Positions 11,601 through 21,540 of a stretch of 64,000 nucleotides of DNA are shown piece by piece. Each line of letters begins with the position of its first letter. The stretch's first letter is position 1. Location: NCBI GenBank assembly GCA_963716725.1, contig CAVQUB010000005.1, positions 704,001-768,000 on the forward strand, read 5' to 3'. The DNA comes from an uncultured delta proteobacterium. GTDB taxonomy: Bacteria > Myxococcota_A > Polyangia > Polyangiales > Polyangiaceae. The notes beneath the pieces are model-generated. The model made no database searches, was not told the DNA's origin, and worked only from the letters and a program-made list of their open reading frames with translations. Made by a program: the position numbers and the translations under genes.

Positions 11601-12409
11601 AAGAGTGCGACAACGGTGCGGCCAACAACACCGGTGGCTACGGCAAGTGCAACCCGGACTGCAGCTCTGGGCCGCGCTGCGGCGACGGTGTCAAGAACGG
11701 CGCGGAGCAGTGCGACGACGGCAAGAACGACGGCAGCTACGGCGGTTGCAACCCCGGCTGCACGCTGGCCAACTACTGTGGCGACGGCCAGCTGACCAAC
11801 CCACCCGAGACCTGCGACCAAGGCGCCGCCAACAGCGCCACCGCCTACGGCAAGTCCCTCTGCACCAACGCCTGCAAGCCGTCGCCCTACTGCGGCGACA
11901 AGGCCGTCGACGCGGTCTTCGGCGAGACCTGCGACGACGGGGTGAACAGCGGCCAGGCGGGCTCGTGCACCACCGACTGCAAGGGCTTCGTGCCGCTGGT
12001 CAGCTGCGGCGATGGCGTGGTGCAAGCTCCCGAGCAATGCGACAAGGGCGCCCAGAACGGAACGCCCGCGAGCAACTGCGACACCCACTGCCACATCCGC
12101 TGCGGCAACGGCGTCAAAGAGAGCGGTGAGCAGTGCGACAACGGAGTCAACGACGGCAGCTACGGCACCTGCAACCCGGACTGCTCCCTGCCCGGGTATT
12201 GCGGTGACGGCATCAAGAACGGGACCGAAAAGTGCGACAACGGCGGTGCAAACGCCCCGGTAGGTTCGGCCTACGGCAGCGGAACCTGCACCCTGATCTG
12301 CCAGTGGGCCCCCTACTGTGGTGATGGCTACGTGCAGGCCGGCTTCGGAGAGCAGTGCGATGGCCAGGCCGGTTGCGGCCCGACCTGCAAGTGGACCAAC
12401 CCCAAGTGA
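8630..12409 (+). CDS. Large lipoprotein with Myxococcus Cys-rich repeats (DUF4215-like) and a central fibro-slime (PA14-like) domain
   Basis: Many CGDG...E.CDDGN...DGCS..C repeats; YRDF...HPDF, FFPVDG, HNFAFTSE, FTGDDDVYVFINGKLAVELGGVH, FQAERHT. ATG at 8630 follows GGAG. Confidence 0.9.
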   Translation: MLGFQFARRVSVLTLFVLVVGCGGNPEVASTDTGGTGGSTGGAGGAGGNGGSGGGIVLDAGPDADDGSAGDACIDCDAAPICGDGVIESPELCDDGNATPGDGCSGICAIEPGYSCPTAGQLCIPVQAVCGDGKISGAEACDDGNATAGDGCSGTCDVEQGYACQTPGQPCTPVQTAKCGDGAVNSGEQCDDGNTTPNDGCDGSCKLEQGYICPTPNQACVKNEYCGDSIVQPSKGETCDDGNGTPGDGCSGICALEPGHVCPNPGKPCVSIWVCGNGKVDPGETCDDGNTSPSDGCAADCTQVEPGYTCPATGGPCIKVPPNTCGDGIVAGLEQCDDGNTASSDGCSATCLAEPGFNCPTPGKLCVPIAVCGNGKLEAGEGCDDGNTLPGDGCGVACQIEPLYVCPTPGQLCVSTVKCGDSVVAGSEQCDDGNTTSLDGCGSTCKLEPGWICPNAGAKCVAKQCGDGIIAGLEQCDDNNTAASDGCSPTCKLEQGWACLTVGTKSVCHATTCGDAVKEGFEQCDDGGKIPYDGCSPYCKVEPACANGQCTPVCGDGLKFPQEACDDGNKSNGDGCSASCQIESGWTCNVEIEAPPPKLDIPILYRDFLYRGTSSPGAGHPDFQWNIAAATGLVKAALGVDGKPVFNSSTGSGSTQLITDATSLCWWYHDTGCSGAGSTNPYSKLVYTTNGLPNGPPTLLTLNQGTGNTYQFSSTAFFPVDGLGWGNAQTYNNHNFAFTSELRYQFTYQGGSTPEVFDFTGDDDVYVFINGKLAVELGGVHGATNGSVTLNAAQATALGLTVGGMYEIAVFQAERHTTQSNYKLTLSNFVHAKSVCKTFCGDGIVAGIEVCDDGTANNTGGYGKCKPDCSRGPFCGDAAVQNPPETCDDGSNAVTYGGSSKQCGPGCGFAAYCGDAVVSNGEQCDDGTANNTGAYNKCGPGCTLGPRCGDGALQAGNGEQCDEGANNGATSSKCTSACQLKCGNGVADPGEECDNGAANNTGGYGKCNPDCSSGPRCGDGVKNGAEQCDDGKNDGSYGGCNPGCTLANYCGDGQLTNPPETCDQGAANSATAYGKSLCTNACKPSPYCGDKAVDAVFGETCDDGVNSGQAGSCTTDCKGFVPLVSCGDGVVQAPEQCDKGAQNGTPASNCDTHCHIRCGNGVKESGEQCDNGVNDGSYGTCNPDCSLPGYCGDGIKNGTEKCDNGGANAPVGSAYGSGTCTLICQWAPYCGDGYVQAGFGEQCDGQAGCGPTCKWTNPK

Positions 12410-12424
12410 CGCCCCTCGGCATGC

Positions 12425-12523
12425 ACCACGGCCATCGACCTCGAACCGCTCTCGTTGCTCTGTCGACTCGCGGCATCGGTGCCACCGCCGCGCACGCATC
12501 GGGTTCATTACGCTGGGGTGGTC
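12425..12523 (+). pseudogene. IS91-family transposase C-terminal fragment
   Basis: Translates TTAIDLEPLSLLCRLAASVPPPRTHRVHYAGVV, matching the L.RLAA.VPPPR.H.VRY.GV motif of IS91/ISCR-type transposases. Not shown in the ORF track. Confidence 0.75.
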
Positions 12524-12602
12524 ACCGACGCCGAGGAGACCGACGCGCCCCGTGACGCTCCTTGAAAGTCCCCGACGGGCCGACGGGGGATCCCCGGAGG
12601 GC

Positions 12603-12809
12603 TCATGATTGATCGGATCCCATCTGGGACCGGGCGGCTCGGAAGCCAATCTCGTAGTCGAGGAGCTTCTGGTAGCCCCGTCCTAACGTTTGCCACCCGG
12701 GTGCGCCGTTGTTCTTAAGATGCTCGCCGAGTCGCGCGACAGCGAACGGCGCTTGCTCAATGGTCTGCGGGACGGCCGGGAGGCGGAGCTTGAACCCCAC
12801 GAGGAGCAA
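12603..12809 (-). pseudogene. IS4-family (IS50/Tn5-like) transposase C-terminal remnant
   Basis: VARLGEHLKNNGAPGWQTLGRGY resembles the ARLGG...GPPGWQTLWRG signature. Confidence 0.75.
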
Positions 12810-12884
12810 CTGGGGCTCACTCAGGATCGTTTTCGCCGGTTGCTCGGGTGCGCCCGGGCTAACGAGCGCATGAGCAACAGGGTG

Positions 12885-13445
12885 TCACTTGGGCGGAGGG
12901 AGCGACTGCCACCAGGGCCGGCAGCAGTACTCGCCGCCGTCGAGGTGGCTGCAGCCGGGCGACTCCGGCGGCTTGTATCCCAGCTCGGGATCGAAGTGGC
13001 TGCTACAGTAGTAGCGGTCCGGCTGCTCGTCCGGACACGCGCCCTGCGCGAGGGAAGGGAACCGCTCGCACTCGCTCATCGCCTCGGCGGTCTCGATGGC
13101 GGCCTGGTCGCACCCTTTGACGCTCGGAAGCTCGCCAAAACCGCAGTCGATCTGCTTGCTGAGAATGCAGAGGTAGAGCGAGCGATACTCGGGCGGGTTG
13201 CTGAGGACGAACTCCTCGCAGCTATCGGCGTCGCAGTTGGGTTGTGCGACGTAGTCGACTGCTGCGTGAAAGTCCCCAAGCGTGGCGCACCCCCCCGACT
13301 TGAAGTCCGCGCAGAAGCGGGCGCAGAGCTCGTGGAGGGAAGCGGGATCCGATTGCGTCTCGCCGGAGCATGCGGCAAGCGCCACCCCGAGGGCCAGCCC
13401 CGCAGCGCCGAGCGGGCGCGTGTGTCTAGCTGCCACCGGCGCCAC
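12885..13445 (-). CDS. Cys-rich hypothetical lipoprotein
   Basis: LAAC lipobox, many Cys; overlaps the end of the upstream gene. Confidence 0.7.
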   Translation of the reverse strand: MAPVAARHTRPLGAAGLALGVALAACSGETQSDPASLHELCARFCADFKSGGCATLGDFHAAVDYVAQPNCDADSCEEFVLSNPPEYRSLYLCILSKQIDCGFGELPSVKGCDQAAIETAEAMSECERFPSLAQGACPDEQPDRYYCSSHFDPELGYKPPESPGCSHLDGGEYCCRPWWQSLPPPK

Positions 13446-13869
13446 CCATCGGCCCTTCGGAGATGTAGTTGAAAGTGAACCTCGCTTCCGTGAACGCGCA
13501 GCCGGACCTGGTCTTTGTGCGCCCAGCCTCTTTGGCGGTGTAGATCACCTTGCCGTCGGCATCGAGCGCAGCGAGCGTGACGACATCGAAGTACCCCTCG
13601 ACCGGGATGTTGAGCCGAACCGTGCCCGTGTCGCAATTCACGCTCGAGACCGCGCCCTCGACCACCTTGCACGCACGGGTGAGAGCGACGCACTGCTCGC
13701 CGAAGCAGATCCGGACGCGGTCGAAATCGACCGCGGGCTCCGCCGTGCCGTCGAACAGCCAAACCTCCAGGCGGTTCGGGCAAGGCTCCGCCGGCTGGCC
13801 GACGCCACACGCCACCAGAGCAAACGCCAGCAGGCTAGTTGGCAACCGGTGCGTTCTTCTTGGCCACAT
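13426..13869 (-). CDS. Hypothetical lipoprotein
   Basis: LVAC lipobox; operon-like overlaps with neighbours. Confidence 0.65.
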   Translation of the reverse strand: MWPRRTHRLPTSLLAFALVACGVGQPAEPCPNRLEVWLFDGTAEPAVDFDRVRICFGEQCVALTRACKVVEGAVSSVNCDTGTVRLNIPVEGYFDVVTLAALDADGKVIYTAKEAGRTKTRSGCAFTEARFTFNYISEGPMGGAGGS

Positions 13870-16546
13870 TCTGCCACCCACAGATCGGAGAGTTGACCAC
13901 CGTTGTCCACGCGGGCGCCCGGACGCCCTGCCCGATGAAGCCCATGGGGCCGGACCCGAGAGGTTTCAGCGGATCCCCGAGGTCGCTGTCCACGGCCTCG
14001 GGGTTCAGACCGCCCACCACCTCGTCCCGCGAAGGGAAACAGCCAGGCGCATCGAAGCCCGGCGCGGCCAAGCCGACCCCAAACGTGCCCGCCAGCGCCA
14101 CGAGCTCGCTCCAGAACACCGCGGCGGACTCTGCGTCCGTCGCGGCAGCGACGTTCGCGACTCGGCAGGGCGGCGAGGTCCCGTTGGGGCAAGGGAAGGC
14201 CTCGGCCAACACCGCGTCCAGCCGGTCTGGTTCGACCTCGAAGCGCGAAAACGGGAGCCGCAGCGCGCACCGAGCCGGGGTGGTGATGCGAACGTCGGAA
14301 GGGACACCGAGCAGGACGTCGCTGGCGTTCGTCGCGTCGCAGGTGGGCTCGGGGTTGACCGTTCCGACCGGCGTTCGGCAGTAATCGGGCGCGTCGAGGC
14401 ACGCTGCCACCTTGGCTTTGAGCTTCGGAGCCGCGGCCAAGGCCCCTGGCGTGACCGGCGACGTGAATTCGAGGCACGGGGCGCACGCAAGATAGGTCGC
14501 CGCGGTCTGCTGCATGGGCACGCACATGGAGTTGCGTTCGCTTCCCTTTGTAAACGGCCCGGGGGGCGGCCCGGGGTGGAACCGAGGAACGCAAACCGCC
14601 GAGGGAGGAGCGCCGGGTGCGAGCTTGCAGGACACCTGCGGTACCGGTGGCGTCGCGTACCCGATGAACGGCGGTCGGTCGATGGACGTCGCCAGGCAAC
14701 CCTCGGCACGGAGTTGGGAGATGTTGCAGTGAGTTCCGCCGTCCTGCTTGGCGAAGCAGGCCTTGCAGTGCGTCCCCCCACCCTTGGTCAGGCAGCCCTG
14801 GAAGATCTCACCGTCGTGAGCGAAGAGGCGAGCAGCCTCGCTCGGGTCACATCCGCTGATGAACGTGGCGAAGGTCCGTTCGCTCCCGTTTGGTTTTGGC
14901 ATTGGCGGACTCCAAAACGCCTTGGCGTGGGTGGCGTCGCCTCGAATTGGCCGACACTCCAGCATTTCCGGGTTGCTTTGGATCAGGTTGGTCACCGCAG
15001 CGGCGAGACGTGGACTCAGCTCCTGCAGCCGGGCCAGCACCGGCGCGATCGACGCGAGCGTGCACATGGTGTTGTCGGGTTGGCGCAGATCGGGCGCCAG
15101 GCAGGACGACGCGGGCCCCGCCGCAGCGGCGTGAAGCGGCAAGCTCACCTGGCGGTGGTCCTGCCACTCCTCGAAAAAGGTCTGGGGGAGCGGGGCTCCG
15201 ACCCCGAGTCTCAGCGCAACCACCGATGGAACGGGCATGACCAGCGCTTCATTCAGCTCCGATTCCAACTGGCGGAATTGCGACATGATGTCGCCGCGCA
15301 GCTGCTTTCCGCTGACAAACCCGCTGACCAGATCGTTCAGATTGACCGTGACGTTGCCGAGGGTGAGAAGCTTGGTGATCGAATCCGTGAGCGCGAGGAG
15401 GAGATTCGTGGCGGTGCTTCCGCTGCAGCCGGACAGGCTAACGTACGGTTTCTTGTCGTTGACCTCGAGCTTCACGCGCTCGAAGTACGGCATTGCGCTG
15501 GGCGATGCGACGAGGCTGAACCCGACCTGGCAAGTGGCGCTGAACTTGCAACTCACGTCCGAACCGAGCCAGGTCCCCGTCCCGACGCCCTTCGCGTCGA
15601 CCCGAACGTCGACTCCCTCATCGGCGGGCGTGCGGAAGGGGCTCGTGCCGGGTGCATCGGGGGAGAAGCTGGGCACATCGGAGAGCCGAGGCACCAGCAC
15701 GGTTCGAATGTCGTTGATGCGAATGGTGACGGTGTCGCCCACGCCGGGGAAGCTGTCTCCGGTCGGCACCTGGCGAGGGGCGGCGGCATCGTCGAGGGCT
15801 GTCTGAACGAACTTGCTCAGCCGCGCGCTCGCCGAGCACGCGCCGAGGTCATACTGCCGCAGATACCGAAGGTGTCAGCCTGGGGCTTGAAGAAGAAGTA
15901 GTCGCCGTACATCCCGAAGTGGGGCGGGTCGGTCGTGAACAATCCGCCGCCGAGTTCATGGCACTGGGTGACACCGACACCGCGCTTCACGGCGATCGGG
16001 TCGAACTCGCCGAGATGATCGGCTGCGTTGTCGTTCGCAAACAAGACCGAGCGCCACGAGTACTTCACGAAGGAGCCTCGCTTTCGGCTCCGGTCCCCCG
16101 AGGCCATCGCAAGCGCGTCGGCGATCGTGGGACTGATCCGACCGGATTTGTCTGTTAGATCCCACTGCCCCTTGTCGCTCTTCGTTGGCATCTCGACCGC
16201 GACGAGCAGGCCAGCCCCGTCGCCGGCCCACTTCAGGTGGTACCCGTCTTCGGCTTGCTCGAGGTATCCATCGATGGTCGGCCCGACGCCGTTGCGCCCC
16301 CGCAGGTCGATGCCGATCGTTTGCCCGAGCGGGAGCAGCCAGTTCTCGTCGATCGACGTGCGCAGCGCGAGTCTGCGAGCCGTCAGATCAGCCCCCCCCC
16401 CCCCCGGGGGAACCGCCGCAATCGCAGCCGCTGGGGGAAGTCGTTCTCCACAGCGGTGTGTAGTGGTCGCTGTATGCGGCCAGCAGCCCAGCTGCCACAA
16501 CCGTTGCCGCCGCGACACGAACGCGCCCCACTCCGTTTCGTCCCAT
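13835..16546 (-). CDS. Large Cys-rich secreted protein of unknown function; frameshifts at the G14 tract (16392-16405) and near 15860
   Basis: ATG 16546 gives MGRNGVGRVRVAAATVVAAGLLAA. The frame then switches to ADLTARR..., and near 15860 switches to QYDLGACSAS..., which is continuous with ORF 13835..15769. Confidence 0.6.
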
Positions 16547-16748
16547 TTCGTTCCCTCCCGGATCGAATGCCCAGACACGCTAGCACGGTCGGTCGCGCAT
16601 CGGGAGGCGGAGGGTCGAAGGCGTCGAAGGCGGGCGAGATCAACGCCTGTGCCTGGCGGAGGCCCGGGGCTCGGAGTGTTGTGACTCCGAGCCCTACTCT
16701 TTGGTGGGCGGCCCGGAGATCGTCGGCGGCCTGCCACACCGGGGCCAA

Positions 16749-17140
16749 CTACGCCGTCAGTTCGGGCTGCTCAGAATTCCGCGGTTTCCGCTGGCTGCCG
16801 ACACGGTACTCGCGTGCCGCGAAAAAGCTGCTCCTGATGTAGCGGATCGCACGTTCGACGCGGCCCTTTTCGTTGCCACGCGCCACCGCCACTGGGCGCG
16901 GCTCGTAGCGATAGTGCGCGGACAGTTCTAGCAACATCGGGCTGAAGTGGACCGCGTCGCCCTTGCGCTCCAACACCGCGCTTTTCAAGTTGTCGTACAG
17001 AAGCACGCGCGGGACGCCGTTCCAGAAGTCAAACGCCGACACGTGGCCGTGCAAGAAGCTCGACATGGTTGCGTTCAGGTAGAAGCGGAGGAAAACCATC
17101 CGCGACCAACTCAGCAACCATCACAAACGCCATCATCAGT
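16749..17140 (-). pseudogene. istA: IS21-family IstA catalytic-core fragment
   Basis: [20 protein letters not shown] and [15 protein letters not shown] (DDE region). Confidence 0.9.
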
Positions 17141-17330
17141 TCGAAGCGTTCGAGCTTGGAGCGCTTCTTGCGTCTGGCGAGGCCGCGCACCGCGCGGTCC
17201 TTCTCCTCGATGTCCGCGATGTGCTCGAGCAGCTCGGTGGCACCCCAGCGCTTCTCGGTCGCGAGCGCGACGATGTCGGCGAGCGCGGCGGCCGTGGCGA
17301 GGAGTCCGAGGCTGCGCATGTGCGTAGCGA
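17140..17330 (-). pseudogene. istB: IS21-family IstB N-terminal fragment
   Basis: LATHMRSLGL...ATEKRWGATELLEHIADIEEKDRAVRGLARRKKRSKL, truncated before Walker A. Confidence 0.7.
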
Positions 17331-17339
17331 GGCCGGTCC

Positions 17340-17636
17340 TGACGGGTCCCTTTCGTTGGGGTTGTTTGTTGGCGCGCTGTCGTCGTCGATCCGCGTGGGA
17401 GTGGTGCGTCCGATGCGGTCGTAGGTGTCGAGCGAGTGGGGCGTGAGCACGAGGTCGCGCACCCGTGGATCGGCCGGCAGCACGACGTCGAGCGGCACGG
17501 GAGCGCCGCGAACGCGCCGCCGCTGGTCGAGCACGTGAGCCACCGAGTGCGCCGCGAACGCGCCGCGCTGGTGAGCCTCGTGCAGGGCGGCATCCAGCTC
17601 GACGGCGCCGTACTGATCGAGCAGGCGGAGCAGCAC
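17340..17636 (-). pseudogene. istA: IS21-family IstA C-terminal fragment
   Basis: LLRLLDQYGAVELDAAL...HSVAHVLDQRRR...PHSLDTYD, directly preceding the istB piece. Confidence 0.7.
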
Positions 17637-17709
17637 TCATCACCGTCGATAACACGCTGCATTTCGGCTTCGCCCGCGTTTGGCACGCGGCGTGCGCTTG
17701 GGCGCGCTG

Positions 17710-18480
17710 ATGGCCGCCGTGCAGCCGCTCTTGGACTCGGGTTTGGACTCGGACGGTGCCGGTGTCTCGTACCGTCGGCGCCGGCCCGAGCTCAGCGCGC
17801 TCTACCAGATCATCGCCGACAACTTCCGCACGCTGGAAGCCGCGGTCGATCAAGGCATTGTCGCGCCATTGCCGTCGTTCGTGAGGGATGAACTCTTGGG
17901 CTATCTCGATTGCGGCGTCCCCGCGCGAGGCTTCGGATTTCTTCAATGCCAGAACCCGGAATGCCGCGAGAAAATTCTCGTCGCTTTTTCCTGCAAGGGC
18001 CGCGGTTGGTGCCCGTCCTGCCTGGGCAGAACGATGGCCGAGACGCCAGCAAATTGGATCGATCACGTTTTGCCGTTGCAAGCACAGCGTGCTCGGCTTC
18101 TACCGCCGCACGATGCGCGACCTTCACCTCGTGGGCAAAGGGCAGAGCGGGGCGATCACCGTCTTGCAACGCGTAGACTCTGACTCGCGACTGAACCCCC
18201 CATCTTCATCTGATCGCCTTAGATGGCGTCTTCGTCGAGAGCGAACCCGAAGGGGGACATCGTCGGGTTCCTCGAGCGTCACGGCGTGGTCGAAAGGGAC
18301 GTCGCGCTCCGTCTCACCGACGACGGCTTTGCCGAACGCGAGCCGGAGGTCGCCGCGCTCGCCGCCGCTGCCGTCACCGGCAACCCTCCCGCAGGGCCCG
18401 AACACCGGCAGCGTCCCGCCATCGCCTACGACCCGCCGGGCGCGCTCGGCCGATGCGCTGAGCCGGCGCCGAGCTCGCGC
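17710..18480 (+). pseudogene. IS91-family transposase N-terminal part (zinc-binding domain and HUH motif), degenerate
   Basis: YLDCG...C..PEC...VAFSCKGRGWCPSC; GQSGAITVLQR; frameshifted LNP/HLHLIALDGVFVE. Confidence 0.85.
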
Positions 18481-18483
18481 GGA

Positions 18484-19116
18484 TCAGTGAGCCGACGGAC
18501 TCGGGGAAACCGGCGCGGGGTCGGTGGGCGGAACAGCTACACTCGGCTGTGTCCGCGGCGCGGGCGGCGGCTGTGGGTCTGCAGTTCCGGGCGGCGCACC
18601 GGGTGGGGGAGGGCCCAATGCACCTTCGCGAGTGGAGTCCGTGTTCAGCACCCACGTGCACTGCTCCGACCACACGTCGTGGTCGTGCGGGCAACGTGAC
18701 ACGTAGGTCGCGCGCCGGCCACACCCCGCAACTCCCGTCGACAATTGATCGAGCCACGTGAGCTGGAGTTGTGCAGGACCGCATTGCAGGTCGTAGGACG
18801 CGCGACGCTTGAGCGCGTCCGCGCTCAGCGCTGAAGACGAGAACCACGAACACTTGGAGGAATTCTGCGCCACGCCCGACGGACAGCGTTCGACGTAGAT
18901 GACCTCCTTGCCGCACCCCGTTGCAATTCGATGATTCGGCAATCGCGCGATGTCCGCGTGCATTGCCTGAAGTTGCGTCTGGTGCGGTTTGCGCACCTTG
19001 ATTCCCGATTCGGGGCACCCAAGCTCGGTAGTCGCTTGGGAGCGAATCTCCGTCGCCACCGGATGGCACGCAGCCGCTGTCGCCAGTGCCCACGCGCCCC
19101 CCAAGATCAGTCGCAT
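18484..19116 (-). CDS. Hypothetical lipoprotein with a duplicated Cys-containing domain
   Basis: AAAC lipobox; two repeats of A..L.C...GCG....YV..CP; Pro-rich tail. Confidence 0.7.
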   Translation of the reverse strand: MRLILGGAWALATAAACHPVATEIRSQATTELGCPESGIKVRKPHQTQLQAMHADIARLPNHRIATGCGKEVIYVERCPSGVAQNSSKCSWFSSSALSADALKRRASYDLQCGPAQLQLTWLDQLSTGVAGCGRRATYVSRCPHDHDVWSEQCTWVLNTDSTREGALGPPPPGAPPGTADPQPPPAPRTQPSVAVPPTDPAPVSPSPSAH

Positions 19117-19259
19117 CTGGGTTCAGTACTTCGCGCGTGCTGCTGGCGCAACCCCGTGCGGCGCGCCTCGCTCGCGGTGCGCGGATCGCCCGTCAGGCCC
19201 CACGCGAGCGTGATACGTCTGGGGCCGGAGGCCGCATGGGTGGCGGCCCGTCGGCACGA

Positions 19260-19556
19260 ATGAACAAGCTCCGCTCGCTCTCGATCTTCGTCCTCGCGCT
19301 CGGACTCGTGCCGTGGCTGCCGCTCTACGTCGAGCGCACGATGACCCGCGCCTCGGTCGTGGGACACGGCGGCGACGTCATTACCTACGGCTGGAGGCTC
19401 CGTGCCCTGGTCGGATTCTGGCAGGACCTCGGTTACATGCGCGCCGAGCAGTCGCCCGCGGTCTATTTCGGCTTCAACCTTGCGTTGGCGCTGGCCTATG
19501 CGGCAGGCGCGACGGCCGCCGTCCGCGCGCTGCTCCGCCGCGCGTCCAAAGCGTGA
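19260..19556 (+). CDS. Small membrane protein
   Basis: Two hydrophobic segments; ATG at 19260. Confidence 0.55.
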   Translation: MNKLRSLSIFVLALGLVPWLPLYVERTMTRASVVGHGGDVITYGWRLRALVGFWQDLGYMRAEQSPAVYFGFNLALALAYAAGATAAVRALLRRASKA

Positions 19557-19858
19557 GCTGCGCTCGATCTCGACGCGCGAAAATGACCAGTCGCCCGGAA
19601 CTCACCACCACCGAGCCTGAGGACCATCGACGATGGCGTTAGCCCGGCGCCACCAGACCCCGCGCGATCTTCTTCCAGGCCCGGGCGTAGAGCTTCGGCG
19701 AGCCGAAGAGACCGAGGGTGAGCACGGCTCGGCCGTGGACCACTGCGAGGCCGATCTGCCCCGGTCGCGGTTCCAGCAGCGCCCTTCGACGCAGCTCACG
19801 GGCACGTCGACCGGCTGACCTGGGGCTCCGCTCCGCATCCCGTAGTATCCTCGCGCCC

Positions 19859-21540
19859 GTGTCCGCCACCGGGCTCTTTCCCCGCGGTGCGCCGCGCCCG
19901 ACCAGCAGTGCTGGGGAGCAGGCCCTGCATCGCGCGCTCGAGACCGGCCTGCCGCAAGGCTGGACCGCGTGGCACTCGCTTCGCGTTCGCTCGGAGTCGG
20001 GTTGGGAGGGGGAGGGCGACTTCGTCGTGGCGATCCCCGATCGCGGCTTGCTCGTGATCGAAGTGAAGAGCGGCGCCATCGAGGTGCGCGACGGGCAGTG
20101 GCTGCAGAACGGCAAACAGATGGACCGCGCGCCGCGGGAACAGGGCCACTCGTTCGCGCGTCTGCTCGTGCGAAAGCTCGAAGAGCGCGGGCTCGCACAT
20201 GCGCCGCCCTTCGAGGTCGCCACCGCGTTTCCGAGTTGCCCGTTCAGCAATCCGCCGAGGCAAGGCGATCTCGAGGGCGCGGTGCTCGGTCAGCAGGATC
20301 TGCCCTACCTGCGGCGAGGCCCTCGAGGCGATGCGAGAGCGGCTGTTCGGCACGCGCCCGCCGCCTCGGGATCGGCGTTTCGTCCATGCGCTCCACGAGC
20401 TCTGGGGCGAGAGCTGGACCCCTCGCCTCGCGCTCGGGCGACCACGCACGGCTCCGCGCGCAAGAGCTCGTGCCGCTCGATGAGCAGCAACTGCACGTGC
20501 TCGACATGCTTCGCAAGAACCAGCGCTGCCTCGTGACGGGCGGCCCGGGCACGGGCAAGACGCTTGCTCGCGTGCGAGATGTGGCGACGGCTCCGCGAGC
20601 GCGGTGCCCGTCCCGTGCTGTTGTGCTGGACGACCGCGCTGGCGAGGGCGCTGCGCGCGACTGACATTGGTGAGGCGTTCACCGTGCGCGAGCTGGCGGC
20701 TGAGCTGGTCATGAACGCCGGGATCGATCTTCAGGACGGCGCTCCGCCGAGCGCGTGGACCTCGGAGACCTGGGACGCGGCTCCACTGTACGCCGCGGCC
20801 GACGCGCTCGACGGGGCGCGAGTCCGCTTCGATGCGGTCGTCATCGACGAAGCACAGGACCTCTCTCCGAACGACTGGGAGCTCGTGCGAAGTCTCGCCG
20901 AAGGTCGGCCGCTCTGGGGTTTCGCCGACGACGGTCAAGGGTTCTGGAGCGACCGCCACGTTCCGAAGGAGACGTTCGGGCGCTGTTCGAGCTGTGGGAG
21001 CGCTACCGTTGCCCCGAGCCCCTCGCGGCCTTTGCCGATCACTACCGAGTGAGGCGCACTCCGTCGGTACCGCCGCCGGGCATGCCGCCGCGAGTTTCTT
21101 CGGCGCCCCCGCCCGGACCCGTCGAGCCCTTCGACGAGCTCCGGGTGGTGCGCCTGCCCAGCGCGACCGCGCTCGAGCAATACGTGGCGCGCGAGATCCA
21201 CAAAGCGCTCGCGGACGGCCTGCCCGCAGGGTCCATCGCCGTGCTTTCGCTCGGGGGCCAGCTCAAGACCGAGCTCTGCACCCGCGACCGTATCGGCGAT
21301 GTGCCCGTGCGCCGAGCCGATGCCTCCGACGCCGATGAGCACGTCGTCGCTGACACGTTCCTGCGCTTCAAGGGCCTCGAGCGACCGTTGGTCTTGGTGG
21401 TGGAGCTCGACCGCGGGCGGCATCGGTACGACGTGCGGATGCACGTAGCGCTCACGCGCGCGAACGTGCGCTGTGTGGTCTTGGCAACGAAGGAAGAGAT
21501 CGAGGCGGATCCCAGACTCTCGGCGGCCGTGGGGACGTGA
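19859..21540 (+). CDS. NERD nuclease plus SF1 (UvrD-like) helicase, split by about four frameshifts
   Basis: EGDFVV...VIEVKSG (NERD), GGPGTGKT, VVIDEAQD, YRCP, FKGLE and VALTRA occur in successive frames (shifts near 20312, 20438, 20568, 20980). Confidence 0.8.

Noticed and set aside
12555..12575. Possible IS91/ISCR oriIS (CTTGAAAGTCC)
   Set aside because: Only weak resemblance to the TTGAA.TTCCTATAC-type end; not supportable without alignment.
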